Positions 36,564 through 45,438 of a DNA stretch of 52,895 bases are shown here, piece after piece (position 1 is the first letter of the stretch; each line of letters begins with the position of its first letter). The translations under genes and the position numbers were made by a program. Source of the stretch: an uncultured Tepidimonas sp. (lineage in GTDB: Bacteria > Pseudomonadota > Gammaproteobacteria > Burkholderiales > Burkholderiaceae_C); the NCBI GenBank assembly GCA_964516635.1, contig CAZEZY010000001.1:1-52895 (forward strand). The letters run 5' to 3'. The notes beneath the pieces are model-generated. The model was not told the DNA's origin, searched no databases, and saw nothing but the letters and a program-made list of their open reading frames with translations.

Positions 36564-39449
36564 TTGACGCGCCTATTCCTACTCAATCTGCTTGCGGCTT
36601 TCGCCTATGCCCTGTCTGGGTGGGCGTCGCTGCAGGCCGCCATTCCGCCCAACTACATTGCCATCTTCTTCGCGGCGTCCGGCGTGGCGCTGGGTGCCGT
36701 TCTGGTCGGGGGCTACAGACTGCTCCCCAGCGTGGCGCTGGGCGCACTGAGCGTGCAGTGGCTTGCCCACGGACAGAGTGGCCTCACCACCCTGACCTGG
36801 AACATGTGGATTTCCTCGCTGGGAGCGATGCTGATGGCGGGCGCATCGGCCTGGGCCATCCGCCGCTGGGCCAGATACCCGTCGGCGCTCGACAGACCCC
36901 GTGAAGCCCTGCTGACCTTTCTCGTCATCATCCCGGCTTTCACCGTCATCAACGCCTCGTTATCGGTGCCATCGCTGGTCCATATCGGGGTCATTGCACC
37001 CGATGAAGCCTGGTTCAGCTGGATCACGTGGTGGATGGCAGACACCCTGGGGGCCATCATCTTCACGCCATTGATGCTGGTGCTGTTCGGGCAACCGGCG
37101 GTGGCGTGGCGCCCTCGGTGGAAAACCGTGGCATTGCCCATGATGGTCGCGCTGTCACTGGTCGCCGGGATGCTGAGTCTGCTGAACGCGAAACAGCAGG
37201 AGCAGGTGCAAGACGAATTCCATTCGGCCGCAGAGTCCCTGACCAACCAGTTGCAACGGCGTCTGGATGCCCAGACGGACAGCATCCAGGCCATCGGCAA
37301 GGTCATGGAAATGGTGGAATTCACCCAACAGGAGGGTTTCGACAAAACCACTCAACTCTGGCTCGAACGCTATCCCGGAAGCCAGAACTTTGGCTGGAGC
37401 CCGCTCATCACAGACGATCAGCGTTTCCAGTATGAGCAGTGGATGCCGGGTCGACCTATTCTGGGAAGAGATGAAAGCGGTCAGACCCAGCCAGCCCGTC
37501 CGTCTCCCCGCTATTTTCCGATCACCTGGGTCTCACCGCTGGATGGCAATCGGTCTGTTCTGGGCCTGGATGTCAGCGTCCTTCCCGCGACCGCAGCCGC
37601 CGTTCAACGCTCGATCAACACCTTCTCACCTGCCGTCAGTGAACCTTTCCGGTTGGTCCAGGAGACAGGCCAACAGCGGGCGGTGGTGCTCTACCACTCG
37701 GTCTTTCGGGATGGTGAGTTACGGGGTGTGGTATCCGCCACCCTGCGAATGACAGACATGCTGGACGCGGCGCTGGGCGATGTCCAGGGCCGTGGCCTGG
37801 TGGTCTGCCTGACCGACCCTCAGACCGAACCGGGCAAACGCACCCTGGTGGGTGAGCTTGGCTGCGGCGATCGACTGATCGGCCAGGCGCTGCCGCGCTG
37901 GACGTTGGAAAAGCCCGTCGAATTCGGCCAACGACAATGGTTGGTGTACGTTTCTGCCACTTCCTCATTCTGGGGACAGACTTCTCAAGTCGGCATCTGG
38001 TTCACCAGCGCCATGGGCTTGATGGCCACGGCGCTGCTCGGCACGTTCCTGATCATCGTGACGGGTCATGGTCGAAGAACGGCGCAGCTCGTGGAAGAAC
38101 GGACTCAGGAGCTGGCTCACAGCAACGCCACGCTGGCGCAAATGGCCCATTACGATGCCTTGACCGGTCTGGCCAACCGGCCCTTCTGGACCGAGCAGGC
38201 AGATCTCACCTTCAGGGCTTCGGCCGACACCGATCAAGCCGTGGGCGTGATCTTTCTCGATGTGGACCGCTTCAAGCACGTCAATGACAGCCTGGGGCAT
38301 GTGCAGGGTGATCAGTTGCTCGTCACCATCAGTGCCCGGATTCAGGAATGCCTGCGCAGCCGGGATGTGCTGGCGCGCATCGGTGGTGACGAGTTCGTTC
38401 TGCTCCTGCCCGGCCTCAAGGGTCCGGAAGGTGCAGCCACAGTGGCCCAGAAGATTTCACGGGTCCTGTCCATGCCCGTCCTGCTGGACCAGATGCAGGT
38501 GCGCGTGACCGCCAGCCTGGGCGTTGCCCTCTTTCCCGAACACGGCCGTACCGTGGATGAACTCTTGCGTCATGCGGATACGGCCATGTACGCCGCCAAA
38601 GCCGCCGGCCGCAACCAGTGGCGCTTTTTCACCCCGGAAATGCATGAACGGGTGTCCAAACGGCTTTCGCTGGAAACCCGTCTGCGCCAGGCACTTGAAC
38701 CCGGGCACCAGGAACTCAGCGTGGTCTATCAGCCTCAGGTCGACGCCAGGACCGGTGCCATCACCGGCGTGGAGGCCTTGCTTCGATGGCAGCACCCCGA
38801 ATGGGGCCAGGTCTCACCGTCCGAATTCATCCCGATCGCCGAAGATTGCGGTCTGATCGAGCCTCTGGGTCTCTGGGTGTTGCAACAGGTCTGCCAGCAG
38901 ATTGACGCCTGGAAAACCGGTCCGCATGCCGAGCGTTTCCGTGACATGGCGATCTCGGTCAACGTATCCGCCTACGAGTTCAGTCGCCCGCTGTTCCTCG
39001 ACCAACTGCGGCAGGCCGTCAGCACGATAAGGTCACAACCTCACTGCCTGGAGATCGAGATCACCGAGAGCCTGCTGATTCAGGCCAACCCCGATCTGGA
39101 AGCCCGGATGCAGGCCATCAATGCCATGGGCATCCAGTTGTCACTCGACGATTTCGGAACCGGGTACTCCAGCCTGGGTTACCTGAAGCGCATGCCTCTG
39201 AGCAAACTCAAGATCGATCGATCGTTTCTTCACGGGATACCAGGAGACCCCGAAAACGAGACCATCGTCAGGGCCACCTTGTCCATGGCACACGATCTGG
39301 GTCTGATCGTCGTGGCCGAGGGTGTCGAAACCGAAGGACAGCGAGACTTCCTCCGAGCCCATGGATGCCATGCATTCCAGGGCTGGCTCTACGCCAGGGC
39401 CATGCCGCCCGATGATCTGGTGGCCTGGCTTGAACAGCAGGCCCCCTGA
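36564..39449 (+). CDS. membrane signalling protein: MASE1-like multi-TM N-terminus, CHASE periplasmic domain, GGDEF and EAL domains
   Basis: TTG start. N-terminal hydrophobic helices, then a CHASE-like block (NFGWSPLI...VLGLDV...PFRLVQ) and a TM helix. An intact GGDEF (RIGGDEFVLLLPG) and an EAL domain (GVEALLRWQHP, EITES, DDFGTGYSSL) follow. Confidence 0.85.
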   Translation: MTRLFLLNLLAAFAYALSGWASLQAAIPPNYIAIFFAASGVALGAVLVGGYRLLPSVALGALSVQWLAHGQSGLTTLTWNMWISSLGAMLMAGASAWAIRRWARYPSALDRPREALLTFLVIIPAFTVINASLSVPSLVHIGVIAPDEAWFSWITWWMADTLGAIIFTPLMLVLFGQPAVAWRPRWKTVALPMMVALSLVAGMLSLLNAKQQEQVQDEFHSAAESLTNQLQRRLDAQTDSIQAIGKVMEMVEFTQQEGFDKTTQLWLERYPGSQNFGWSPLITDDQRFQYEQWMPGRPILGRDESGQTQPARPSPRYFPITWVSPLDGNRSVLGLDVSVLPATAAAVQRSINTFSPAVSEPFRLVQETGQQRAVVLYHSVFRDGELRGVVSATLRMTDMLDAALGDVQGRGLVVCLTDPQTEPGKRTLVGELGCGDRLIGQALPRWTLEKPVEFGQRQWLVYVSATSSFWGQTSQVGIWFTSAMGLMATALLGTFLIIVTGHGRRTAQLVEERTQELAHSNATLAQMAHYDALTGLANRPFWTEQADLTFRASADTDQAVGVIFLDVDRFKHVNDSLGHVQGDQLLVTISARIQECLRSRDVLARIGGDEFVLLLPGLKGPEGAATVAQKISRVLSMPVLLDQMQVRVTASLGVALFPEHGRTVDELLRHADTAMYAAKAAGRNQWRFFTPEMHERVSKRLSLETRLRQALEPGHQELSVVYQPQVDARTGAITGVEALLRWQHPEWGQVSPSEFIPIAEDCGLIEPLGLWVLQQVCQQIDAWKTGPHAERFRDMAISVNVSAYEFSRPLFLDQLRQAVSTIRSQPHCLEIEITESLLIQANPDLEARMQAINAMGIQLSLDDFGTGYSSLGYLKRMPLSKLKIDRSFLHGIPGDPENETIVRATLSMAHDLGLIVVAEGVETEGQRDFLRAHGCHAFQGWLYARAMPPDDLVAWLEQQAP

Positions 39450-39452
39450 ACA

Positions 39453-40142
39453 CTAGCCGACGTGCTGCTTCAGAAATGAGAGGGTCCGCTGTCGGGCGAG
39501 CAAGGCCGAAGGCGCATCGTGAGAACCTCGCTGATCACAGTTGAATCCGTGATGGGCCGCATAGGTGTGGACCTCCACCCCGGCCTGCTGGGCCTGAAAG
39601 GTCTGAACGGTATCCAGGGGGATCCACTGATCTGCCTCGGCAAAGTGCGCCAGCACGGGGCATCCTGGCCGCTTTGCAGCCTCCGATTCGGTGGTCATGC
39701 CACCCCCGTAATAGGGAATGGCAGCCGACAGACCCTGGAGTTCACAGGCACTGCGCCACGCCAGCAAGCCGCCCCAGCAGAACCCGATCACCGCCACACG
39801 GCCTCCGCTTTCACGGGCCGCGCGATCGATGCCCGCCTGGATGTCGGCCATCACACCAGGCGCCGGCAATGCCTCAACCGCCATCTTGAGGGCAAATCCT
39901 GCCTGCATGTCACTGTCGGTGTATCCCAGCTCAACCCCCGCTTGAACACGATCAAAAGTGGACGGGGCCACCACCACAAAACCTTCTGCGGCGTACCCGT
40001 CTGCCACGGCACGGATGTGGCTGTTGACGCCAAAAATCTCTTGCAGCACCACAAGCCCGCCGCGCGGCTGGCCAGACGGCCGGGCCAGGTAGGCTCGAAC
40101 CGCTTGCCCATCGTGACTTTGCAGGGTGATCCATTCGCTCAT
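39453..40142 (-). CDS. dienelactone hydrolase family protein
   Basis: Trimmed to MSEWITLQS (AGGAG RBS upstream). Nucleophile elbow GFCWGG and a VVLQEIFGVN motif. Confidence 0.85.
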   Translation of the reverse strand: MSEWITLQSHDGQAVRAYLARPSGQPRGGLVVLQEIFGVNSHIRAVADGYAAEGFVVVAPSTFDRVQAGVELGYTDSDMQAGFALKMAVEALPAPGVMADIQAGIDRAARESGGRVAVIGFCWGGLLAWRSACELQGLSAAIPYYGGGMTTESEAAKRPGCPVLAHFAEADQWIPLDTVQTFQAQQAGVEVHTYAAHHGFNCDQRGSHDAPSALLARQRTLSFLKQHVG

Positions 40143-40164
40143 GCCGGTCTCCTTTGCTGTGTGT

Positions 40165-40605
40165 TCATTCGTCATCCTGTTCGCCTTTGACAAAGGTCAC
40201 GGGAACGGGGGATTTTTCGAGCATGGACTGAGAAACAGAGCCCAGCAGGGCCCGCCTGACCGTCCCTTTGCCATGGCTTCCCATGATGACGCCATCGCAG
40301 GCTTCCGCCTCCAGCACTTCCAGCAGCATGGGGACTGGATCCCCTGAAACCACCAGCTGGCTGAACACCAATCCGGCGGCCTTGGCGAGCTCGGCTGCGG
40401 GTGCCATCATGTCCATACCGGCACCTTGTGCGACCTGTCTGAGCGCCTCTTCGTCATGAAGCGTCACCATTTCATAAACGGTCGCCGGCTCCTGCACATT
40501 CACCAGAACCAGTTCGGTCTGGAGACCCGATCTCGCCATGGCCACCGCATGCGCCACGGCCTCGATCGACAGCTCGGAACCATCCACGGGAATCAGCCAT
40601 TTCAT
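40165..40605 (-). CDS. universal stress protein (UspA family)
   Basis: 146 aa. MKWLIPVDGSE start and the GSHGKG....LGSVS ATP-binding motif. Confidence 0.87.
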   Translation of the reverse strand: MKWLIPVDGSELSIEAVAHAVAMARSGLQTELVLVNVQEPATVYEMVTLHDEEALRQVAQGAGMDMMAPAAELAKAAGLVFSQLVVSGDPVPMLLEVLEAEACDGVIMGSHGKGTVRRALLGSVSQSMLEKSPVPVTFVKGEQDDE

Positions 40606-40711
40606 TGATTTGCTCCTGTCGTTGACACTCTGTACGCATCATAGTCGCTGCCATCACCATCGCCACATCGGGGTGACAGCAGAACCGGGCGTTGCATCCG
40701 ACAATCACACG

Positions 40712-42328
40712 ATGCAAGACGCTTCTCCTGATCAAGGCCCCCCACTGGGACTGACAGCGCTGGCGCCCTTTCAACACCGGGTGTTCACATGGCTCTGGCT
40801 GACCTGGCTGATGGCGAATGTCAGCATGTGGATGAACGATGTGGCAGCCGCCTGGCTCATGACATCGCTCGCTCCGTCGCCGGTCTGGGTGGCCCTGGTT
40901 CAGACGGCCGCAACCCTTCCGGTGTTTCTGCTTGGCCTCCCCAGTGGCACCCTGGCGGATACATGGGACCGCCGCCGTTACTTTCTGGGTACTCAGCTCT
41001 GGATCGCAGGGGTGGCGCTCGTCATGTGCACCTTCATCCTTCTGGATGCCATGACGCCTGCCTGGCTGCTGATCCTCGTGTTTGCCAATGGCATCGGACT
41101 GGCCATGCGCTGGCCCGTGTTTGCGGCACTGGTCCCCGAACTGGTGCCCCGCCAGCAGCTCCCGCAGGCATTGGCGCTGAATGGGGTCTCGATGAACGCG
41201 TCCCGCATCATCGGCCCACTCCTGGCCGGCGCGCTCATTGCAACGCTGGGAAGTGCGTGGGTTTTTTTACTCAATGCCTTCCTGGCCTGTGTGTCGGCCA
41301 TCATCATCTGGCGCTGGAAAAGGGAGCACAAACCCAGCCCACTCGGTCGTGAACCTTTTTTCAGCGCCTTGCGAGTCGGCTGGCAGTACGTGGTGCAGTC
41401 ACCTCGTCTGCGGGTGGTCTACCTGCACATTGCCTTGTTCTTTTTTCATTCCACTGCGCTGATGGCCTTGCTGCCGTTGCTGGCCTTGCGCATGGAAGGC
41501 GGCAATGCGGCCACTTTCACCTGGCTGCTGGCCACGATGGGCAGTGGGGCGATTGTCTCGGCCCTCTTGCTGCCTCGTCTCAGGCAGCAATTTTCACGCG
41601 ACACGGTGGTGTGGTGGGGCACGGCCCTTCAGTCAGTGGCCATGGCGCTGGTGGCCTGGGTTCCCACGCTGAGCTGGGCCATGCCCGCCCTGTTTCTGGC
41701 AGGCATGGCCTGGATTGCCACCGCCAATTCGCTCAGCGTTTCGGCCCAGATGAGCCTGCCTGACTGGGTCAGGGCACGAGGCATGTCGGTCTACCAGATG
41801 GCCATCATGGGTGGCGCTGCCTGTGGTGCCGCCTTCTGGGGACAGGTGGCCAGCTGGACCGATGTCAGCCAGAGTGTCGGCATGGCCGCCTTGTCTGGCA
41901 TCGTCGCCATGACGGTGGCGCAGCGTCTTTCCCGCGAACGCGGCCTGATCGAGGACGTGACGCCGGTGCAGGCATGGTCGGCACCGGTGGCGGAGTCCGC
42001 ACCCGGGCCCGGACGCGTGATGGTCTGCATCCACTATCGGATCGATCCCTCCCGAGCTGAAGATTTCAGGCAGGTGATGCAGGAAAGCCGGCGTAGCCGT
42101 CTGCGCATGGGTGCGCTGGACTGGGAATTGTGGCAAGACATCGGTGACCCGGGTCATTTTGTGGAACGCATCACCGACGAAAGCTGGAACGAACATTTGC
42201 GACGCTTTGATCGGGTCACTGCGGCAGATGTCACCCTTCGCGAACGCAAACTGGCCTTTCATCTGGGCGATGGACCACCGCAAGTCACCCGATACCTCGC
42301 ACAATCTCATCATGTCAAACCCAGCTGA
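40712..42328 (+). CDS. MFS transporter (EntS/MFS_3-like) with a cytoplasmic C-terminal extension of about 120 aa
   Basis: Track ORF 40538..42328 trimmed to ATG 40712. 12 predicted TM helices and a GTLADTWDRRR loop motif. The C-terminal soluble domain (VMVCIHYRIDP...WELWQDIGDPGHFVE) looks like an ABM/Dabb ferredoxin-like fold; that is inference. Confidence 0.78.
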   Translation: MQDASPDQGPPLGLTALAPFQHRVFTWLWLTWLMANVSMWMNDVAAAWLMTSLAPSPVWVALVQTAATLPVFLLGLPSGTLADTWDRRRYFLGTQLWIAGVALVMCTFILLDAMTPAWLLILVFANGIGLAMRWPVFAALVPELVPRQQLPQALALNGVSMNASRIIGPLLAGALIATLGSAWVFLLNAFLACVSAIIIWRWKREHKPSPLGREPFFSALRVGWQYVVQSPRLRVVYLHIALFFFHSTALMALLPLLALRMEGGNAATFTWLLATMGSGAIVSALLLPRLRQQFSRDTVVWWGTALQSVAMALVAWVPTLSWAMPALFLAGMAWIATANSLSVSAQMSLPDWVRARGMSVYQMAIMGGAACGAAFWGQVASWTDVSQSVGMAALSGIVAMTVAQRLSRERGLIEDVTPVQAWSAPVAESAPGPGRVMVCIHYRIDPSRAEDFRQVMQESRRSRLRMGALDWELWQDIGDPGHFVERITDESWNEHLRRFDRVTAADVTLRERKLAFHLGDGPPQVTRYLAQSHHVKPS

Positions 42329-42827
42329 TTTTCAGATCGTCTTTTTCTGCATGGGCAACATCTGTCGCAGCCCGACGGCTCATGGCGTTTTTCGTCACCA
42401 CCTGCGTCTGGCCGGTCTGCAAGACCGTGTGTCGGTCGATTCGGCCGGGACGCACAACGACCATCCTGGAAAGCCCCCGGATCACCGTTCGCAGGCACAT
42501 GCCATGGCCAGGGGATACGACCTGTCCGACTTGCGGGCACGACAACTGGTGGATCACGACTTTCTTCACGCCGACTTGCTGCTGGCCATGGACTGGGACA
42601 ATCTGGCACTCGCCGAAGCCATGGCCCCTCCTGCCCACCTTCGCAAACTCCGTCGCCTCACCGAATTCTGCCTGGTGCATCAGAGCCCCGTGATTCCGGA
42701 TCCTTACCTGGGTGGTGAGAACGATTTCGAGCATGTGCTCGACCTGGTGGAAGACGCCTGCCAGGGACTTCTCCTGCACGTTCAGGCCTGTCTGGCCACC
42801 CGCGACGCCTCCCGGAGCGCCTCATGA
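42312..42827 (+). CDS. low-molecular-weight protein-tyrosine phosphatase
   Basis: Track ORF 42111..42827 trimmed to ATG 42312. The P-loop is VFFCMGNICRSP (CX5RS), and the DP general-acid motif is IPDPY. Confidence 0.88.
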   Translation: MSNPADFQIVFFCMGNICRSPTAHGVFRHHLRLAGLQDRVSVDSAGTHNDHPGKPPDHRSQAHAMARGYDLSDLRARQLVDHDFLHADLLLAMDWDNLALAEAMAPPAHLRKLRRLTEFCLVHQSPVIPDPYLGGENDFEHVLDLVEDACQGLLLHVQACLATRDASRSAS

Positions 42828-44014
42828 CGCGGCAAGCCCTCCATGGCGTTCGGGTCCTGGAACTCGGGCAACTCATTGCCGGCCCTTTTGCTGCCAAAAC
42901 CCTGGGTGATTTTGGCGCCGATGTGATCAAGGTGGAGCCCCCCGGTACCGGTGATCCGCTCCGGCACTGGCGCCTGCTCCGCGATGGGACTTCCGTCTGG
43001 TGGGAGGTTCAGTCCCGCAACAAGCGTTCCGTGGTGCTGGATCTTCGAACGGAAGAGGGTCAGTCGGTCGTCCGCCGCCTCGCTGCCGAAGCCGATGTGC
43101 TGGTCGAAAATTTCAAGCCCGGCACCCTGGAGGCCTGGGGGCTTGGCTGGGACACCCTGCACGCCCTCAACCCTCGTCTGATCATGCTTCGCCTGTCGGG
43201 ATACGGTCAGACTGGGCCATACGCGTCCAAACCCGGTTTCGGTATTCTCGGCGAGGCCATGGGCGGCCTGAGGCACCTCACGGGTGAACCGGGACGCGTC
43301 CCCGTTCGCACCGGTGTCTCGATGGGTGACTCGATTGCGGCCCTCCATGGCGTGATCGGTGTTCTGATGGCGCTGTATCACCGGGATGCCCATGGCGGTA
43401 CCGGCCAGATGATTGATGTCGCCCTTTACGAGAGCGTGTTCAACCTGATGGAAAGTCTGCTGCCCGAATACGACGCTTTTGGTACCGTGCGAGAACGCGC
43501 AGGCAGTGCATTGCCGGGTATTGCCCCCTCAAATGCCTACCGCTGCTCCGATGGCGGGTACGTCCTGATTGGCGGCAATGGCGACAGCATTTTCAAGCGT
43601 CTCATGCAAGCCATCGGTCGCCCGGATCTCGCAAACGATCCCGCACTGGCCCACAACGATGGTCGGGCCACACGAAGCAACGAACTGGATCAGGCCATCG
43701 AATCCTGGACCCTGACCCACACCATCGATGAAGTGATCAGCGTCCTGGATGCCGCTCGGGTACCCGCAGGCAAGATCTACTCGGCAGCTGACATCGCCCA
43801 TGACCCGCAGTATCAGGCCAGAGACATGATCATCCAGTCGGTTGACCGAAATGGTCAACCCCTGAAAGTGCCTGGCATCGTACCCAAACTCAGCGAAACG
43901 CCTGGCCAGATTGCGTCACCCGCGCCCAGACTGGGGGAGCACAACCAGGACCTGCTCAATGCCCTGGGTTGGCCAGCACGAACCGGAGGTCAGGACCATG
44001 CAAACCGATCATGA
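42824..44014 (+). CDS. CaiB/BaiF family CoA-transferase (class III)
   Basis: LHGVRVLELGQLIAGPFAAKTLGDFGADVIKVEPP is the family N-terminal signature. Its start overlaps the previous stop (ATGA). Confidence 0.88.
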   Translation: MTRQALHGVRVLELGQLIAGPFAAKTLGDFGADVIKVEPPGTGDPLRHWRLLRDGTSVWWEVQSRNKRSVVLDLRTEEGQSVVRRLAAEADVLVENFKPGTLEAWGLGWDTLHALNPRLIMLRLSGYGQTGPYASKPGFGILGEAMGGLRHLTGEPGRVPVRTGVSMGDSIAALHGVIGVLMALYHRDAHGGTGQMIDVALYESVFNLMESLLPEYDAFGTVRERAGSALPGIAPSNAYRCSDGGYVLIGGNGDSIFKRLMQAIGRPDLANDPALAHNDGRATRSNELDQAIESWTLTHTIDEVISVLDAARVPAGKIYSAADIAHDPQYQARDMIIQSVDRNGQPLKVPGIVPKLSETPGQIASPAPRLGEHNQDLLNALGWPARTGGQDHANRS

Positions 44015-44210
44015 ACGAAGACAAATCGAGCTGGAGTTGAAAATCAGCGATCTGGATGACTGGATCGAGCGCTTGAATGCGCAGGTTTACCGCCAGCAGC
44101 TCATGATCGACCAGCTCACACAGGAAGTGGCACGTCTCTCAACACGATGGGAAGACAGTCAGCCCCATGCCATCCGTCATTTGCGCGACGAATTGCCACC
44201 CCACTACTAA
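43998..44210 (+). CDS. slyX: SlyX family protein
   Basis: Trimmed to MQTDHERRQIELELKISDLDDWIERLN. A 70-aa coiled-coil protein with the SlyX pattern. Confidence 0.78.
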   Translation: MQTDHERRQIELELKISDLDDWIERLNAQVYRQQLMIDQLTQEVARLSTRWEDSQPHAIRHLRDELPPHY

Positions 44211-44393
44211 AGCCAAACCCCGGCAGCGCCTGAATGCTGCGGGGACGGTGCTCCCTGGGTTGTGGAGGCAACAGGGTGATGTGGCTGGACCCGGGGATTG
44301 CGTGCTGGCTATTGGCACACACAGAACCGCCAGCGCAGCGCAGCAAGCAGGCCGAACCGTAGGCGCGCATCTGCAGCCGTCTATGATGCCCTG

Positions 44394-44855
44394 ATGAAAC
44401 CCACCCGTCTGCCCCTTGTACTGGCCTGTTGTCTGCTGTGTGCCACTGTCGTCCACGCCGAAACCATCGGCTGTGTCACCACCGCCTGGAAGCTGATCGG
44501 CGCCAACCACCGGGTCTGCGTGGAGGCTTTCTCTGACCCGAAGGTGCCCGGGGTGACCTGCCATGTGAGTCAGGCCCGCACGGGGGGCATCAGCGGATCG
44601 CTGGGCCTGGCCGAAGACCCGAGCCAGTTCTCGCTGGCCTGCCGCCAGACCGGGCCCATCACCCTGCCCGAGACACTGCCCGACAACGAGGTGGTGTTCA
44701 GCGAAGACACGAGCGTGCTGTTCAAGGAAACGCGGGTGGTGCGGATGTGGGATGCGAAGAACCGGACCCTGATCTACCTGGGCATCAGCCGCCGGTTGAT
44801 CGAGGGCGCCCCCGCCAACAGCATCTCCACCGTGCCGGTGATGGCCTGGCGGTGA
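44394..44855 (+). CDS. creA: CreA family periplasmic protein
   Basis: Trimmed to MKPTRLPLVLACCLL (signal peptide). VEAFSDPKVPGVTCHVSQARTGGISGSLGLAEDPS closely resembles E. coli CreA. Confidence 0.85.
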   Translation: MKPTRLPLVLACCLLCATVVHAETIGCVTTAWKLIGANHRVCVEAFSDPKVPGVTCHVSQARTGGISGSLGLAEDPSQFSLACRQTGPITLPETLPDNEVVFSEDTSVLFKETRVVRMWDAKNRTLIYLGISRRLIEGAPANSISTVPVMAWR

Positions 44856-44919
44856 ACCTGAAAGCGTGGGTCAGGACCAAGTCTGTTGTCTTTGACCTGC
44901 GGTTAAGCTTTGCGATCCC

Positions 44920-45399
44920 ATGAACGAAAATTTGAATCTCCCCTGCGCCTCGGTGCTGATCCCTACCGCTGGCACCCGGCTGCCCGATGCCCTGGTCAAC
45001 GCCTACCTCAACACGGCCTATCGGGTTGGCGAGACCGACGACGTGCCGGGATTCACGCTGAAGGTGGGGCAACCATCGCCAGAACTCACCGTGTTGATGA
45101 AACGGTTCAACCGGTCGACGGCGGCCTTTATCACGGCGTGGAATCCGATGGGCCAGGCGCTGTCCGAGGAAGCCAACCGGGCGAGGAACCGGGCACTGCA
45201 ACAGGTGCTCACTCAGCGCAGCCTGCCGCACTGGCCGGGCGTGGGCTCCGGTGCATCGGGTGACTGGCCGGGGGAAGAGAGCTTTCTGGTGCTCGGCCTG
45301 GATCTGGAAGCCGCCAGGCGGCTGGGCAGAGACCACGAGCAGAATGCCCTGGTCTGGGCAGGTTCGGGCCGTGCGCCCCAACTGGTGTTGCTGGTCTAG
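44920..45399 (+). CDS. hypothetical protein, DUF3293-like
   Basis: 159 aa, soluble. The blocks AAFITAWNP...LSEEAN..RN..L and GEESFLVLGL match my recollection of DUF3293. No functional motif. Confidence 0.55.
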   Translation: MNENLNLPCASVLIPTAGTRLPDALVNAYLNTAYRVGETDDVPGFTLKVGQPSPELTVLMKRFNRSTAAFITAWNPMGQALSEEANRARNRALQQVLTQRSLPHWPGVGSGASGDWPGEESFLVLGLDLEAARRLGRDHEQNALVWAGSGRAPQLVLLV

Positions 45400-45438
45400 A
45401 TCCGTTATCACCCTGACTTCTTCATCGTCCGCTCGCCC

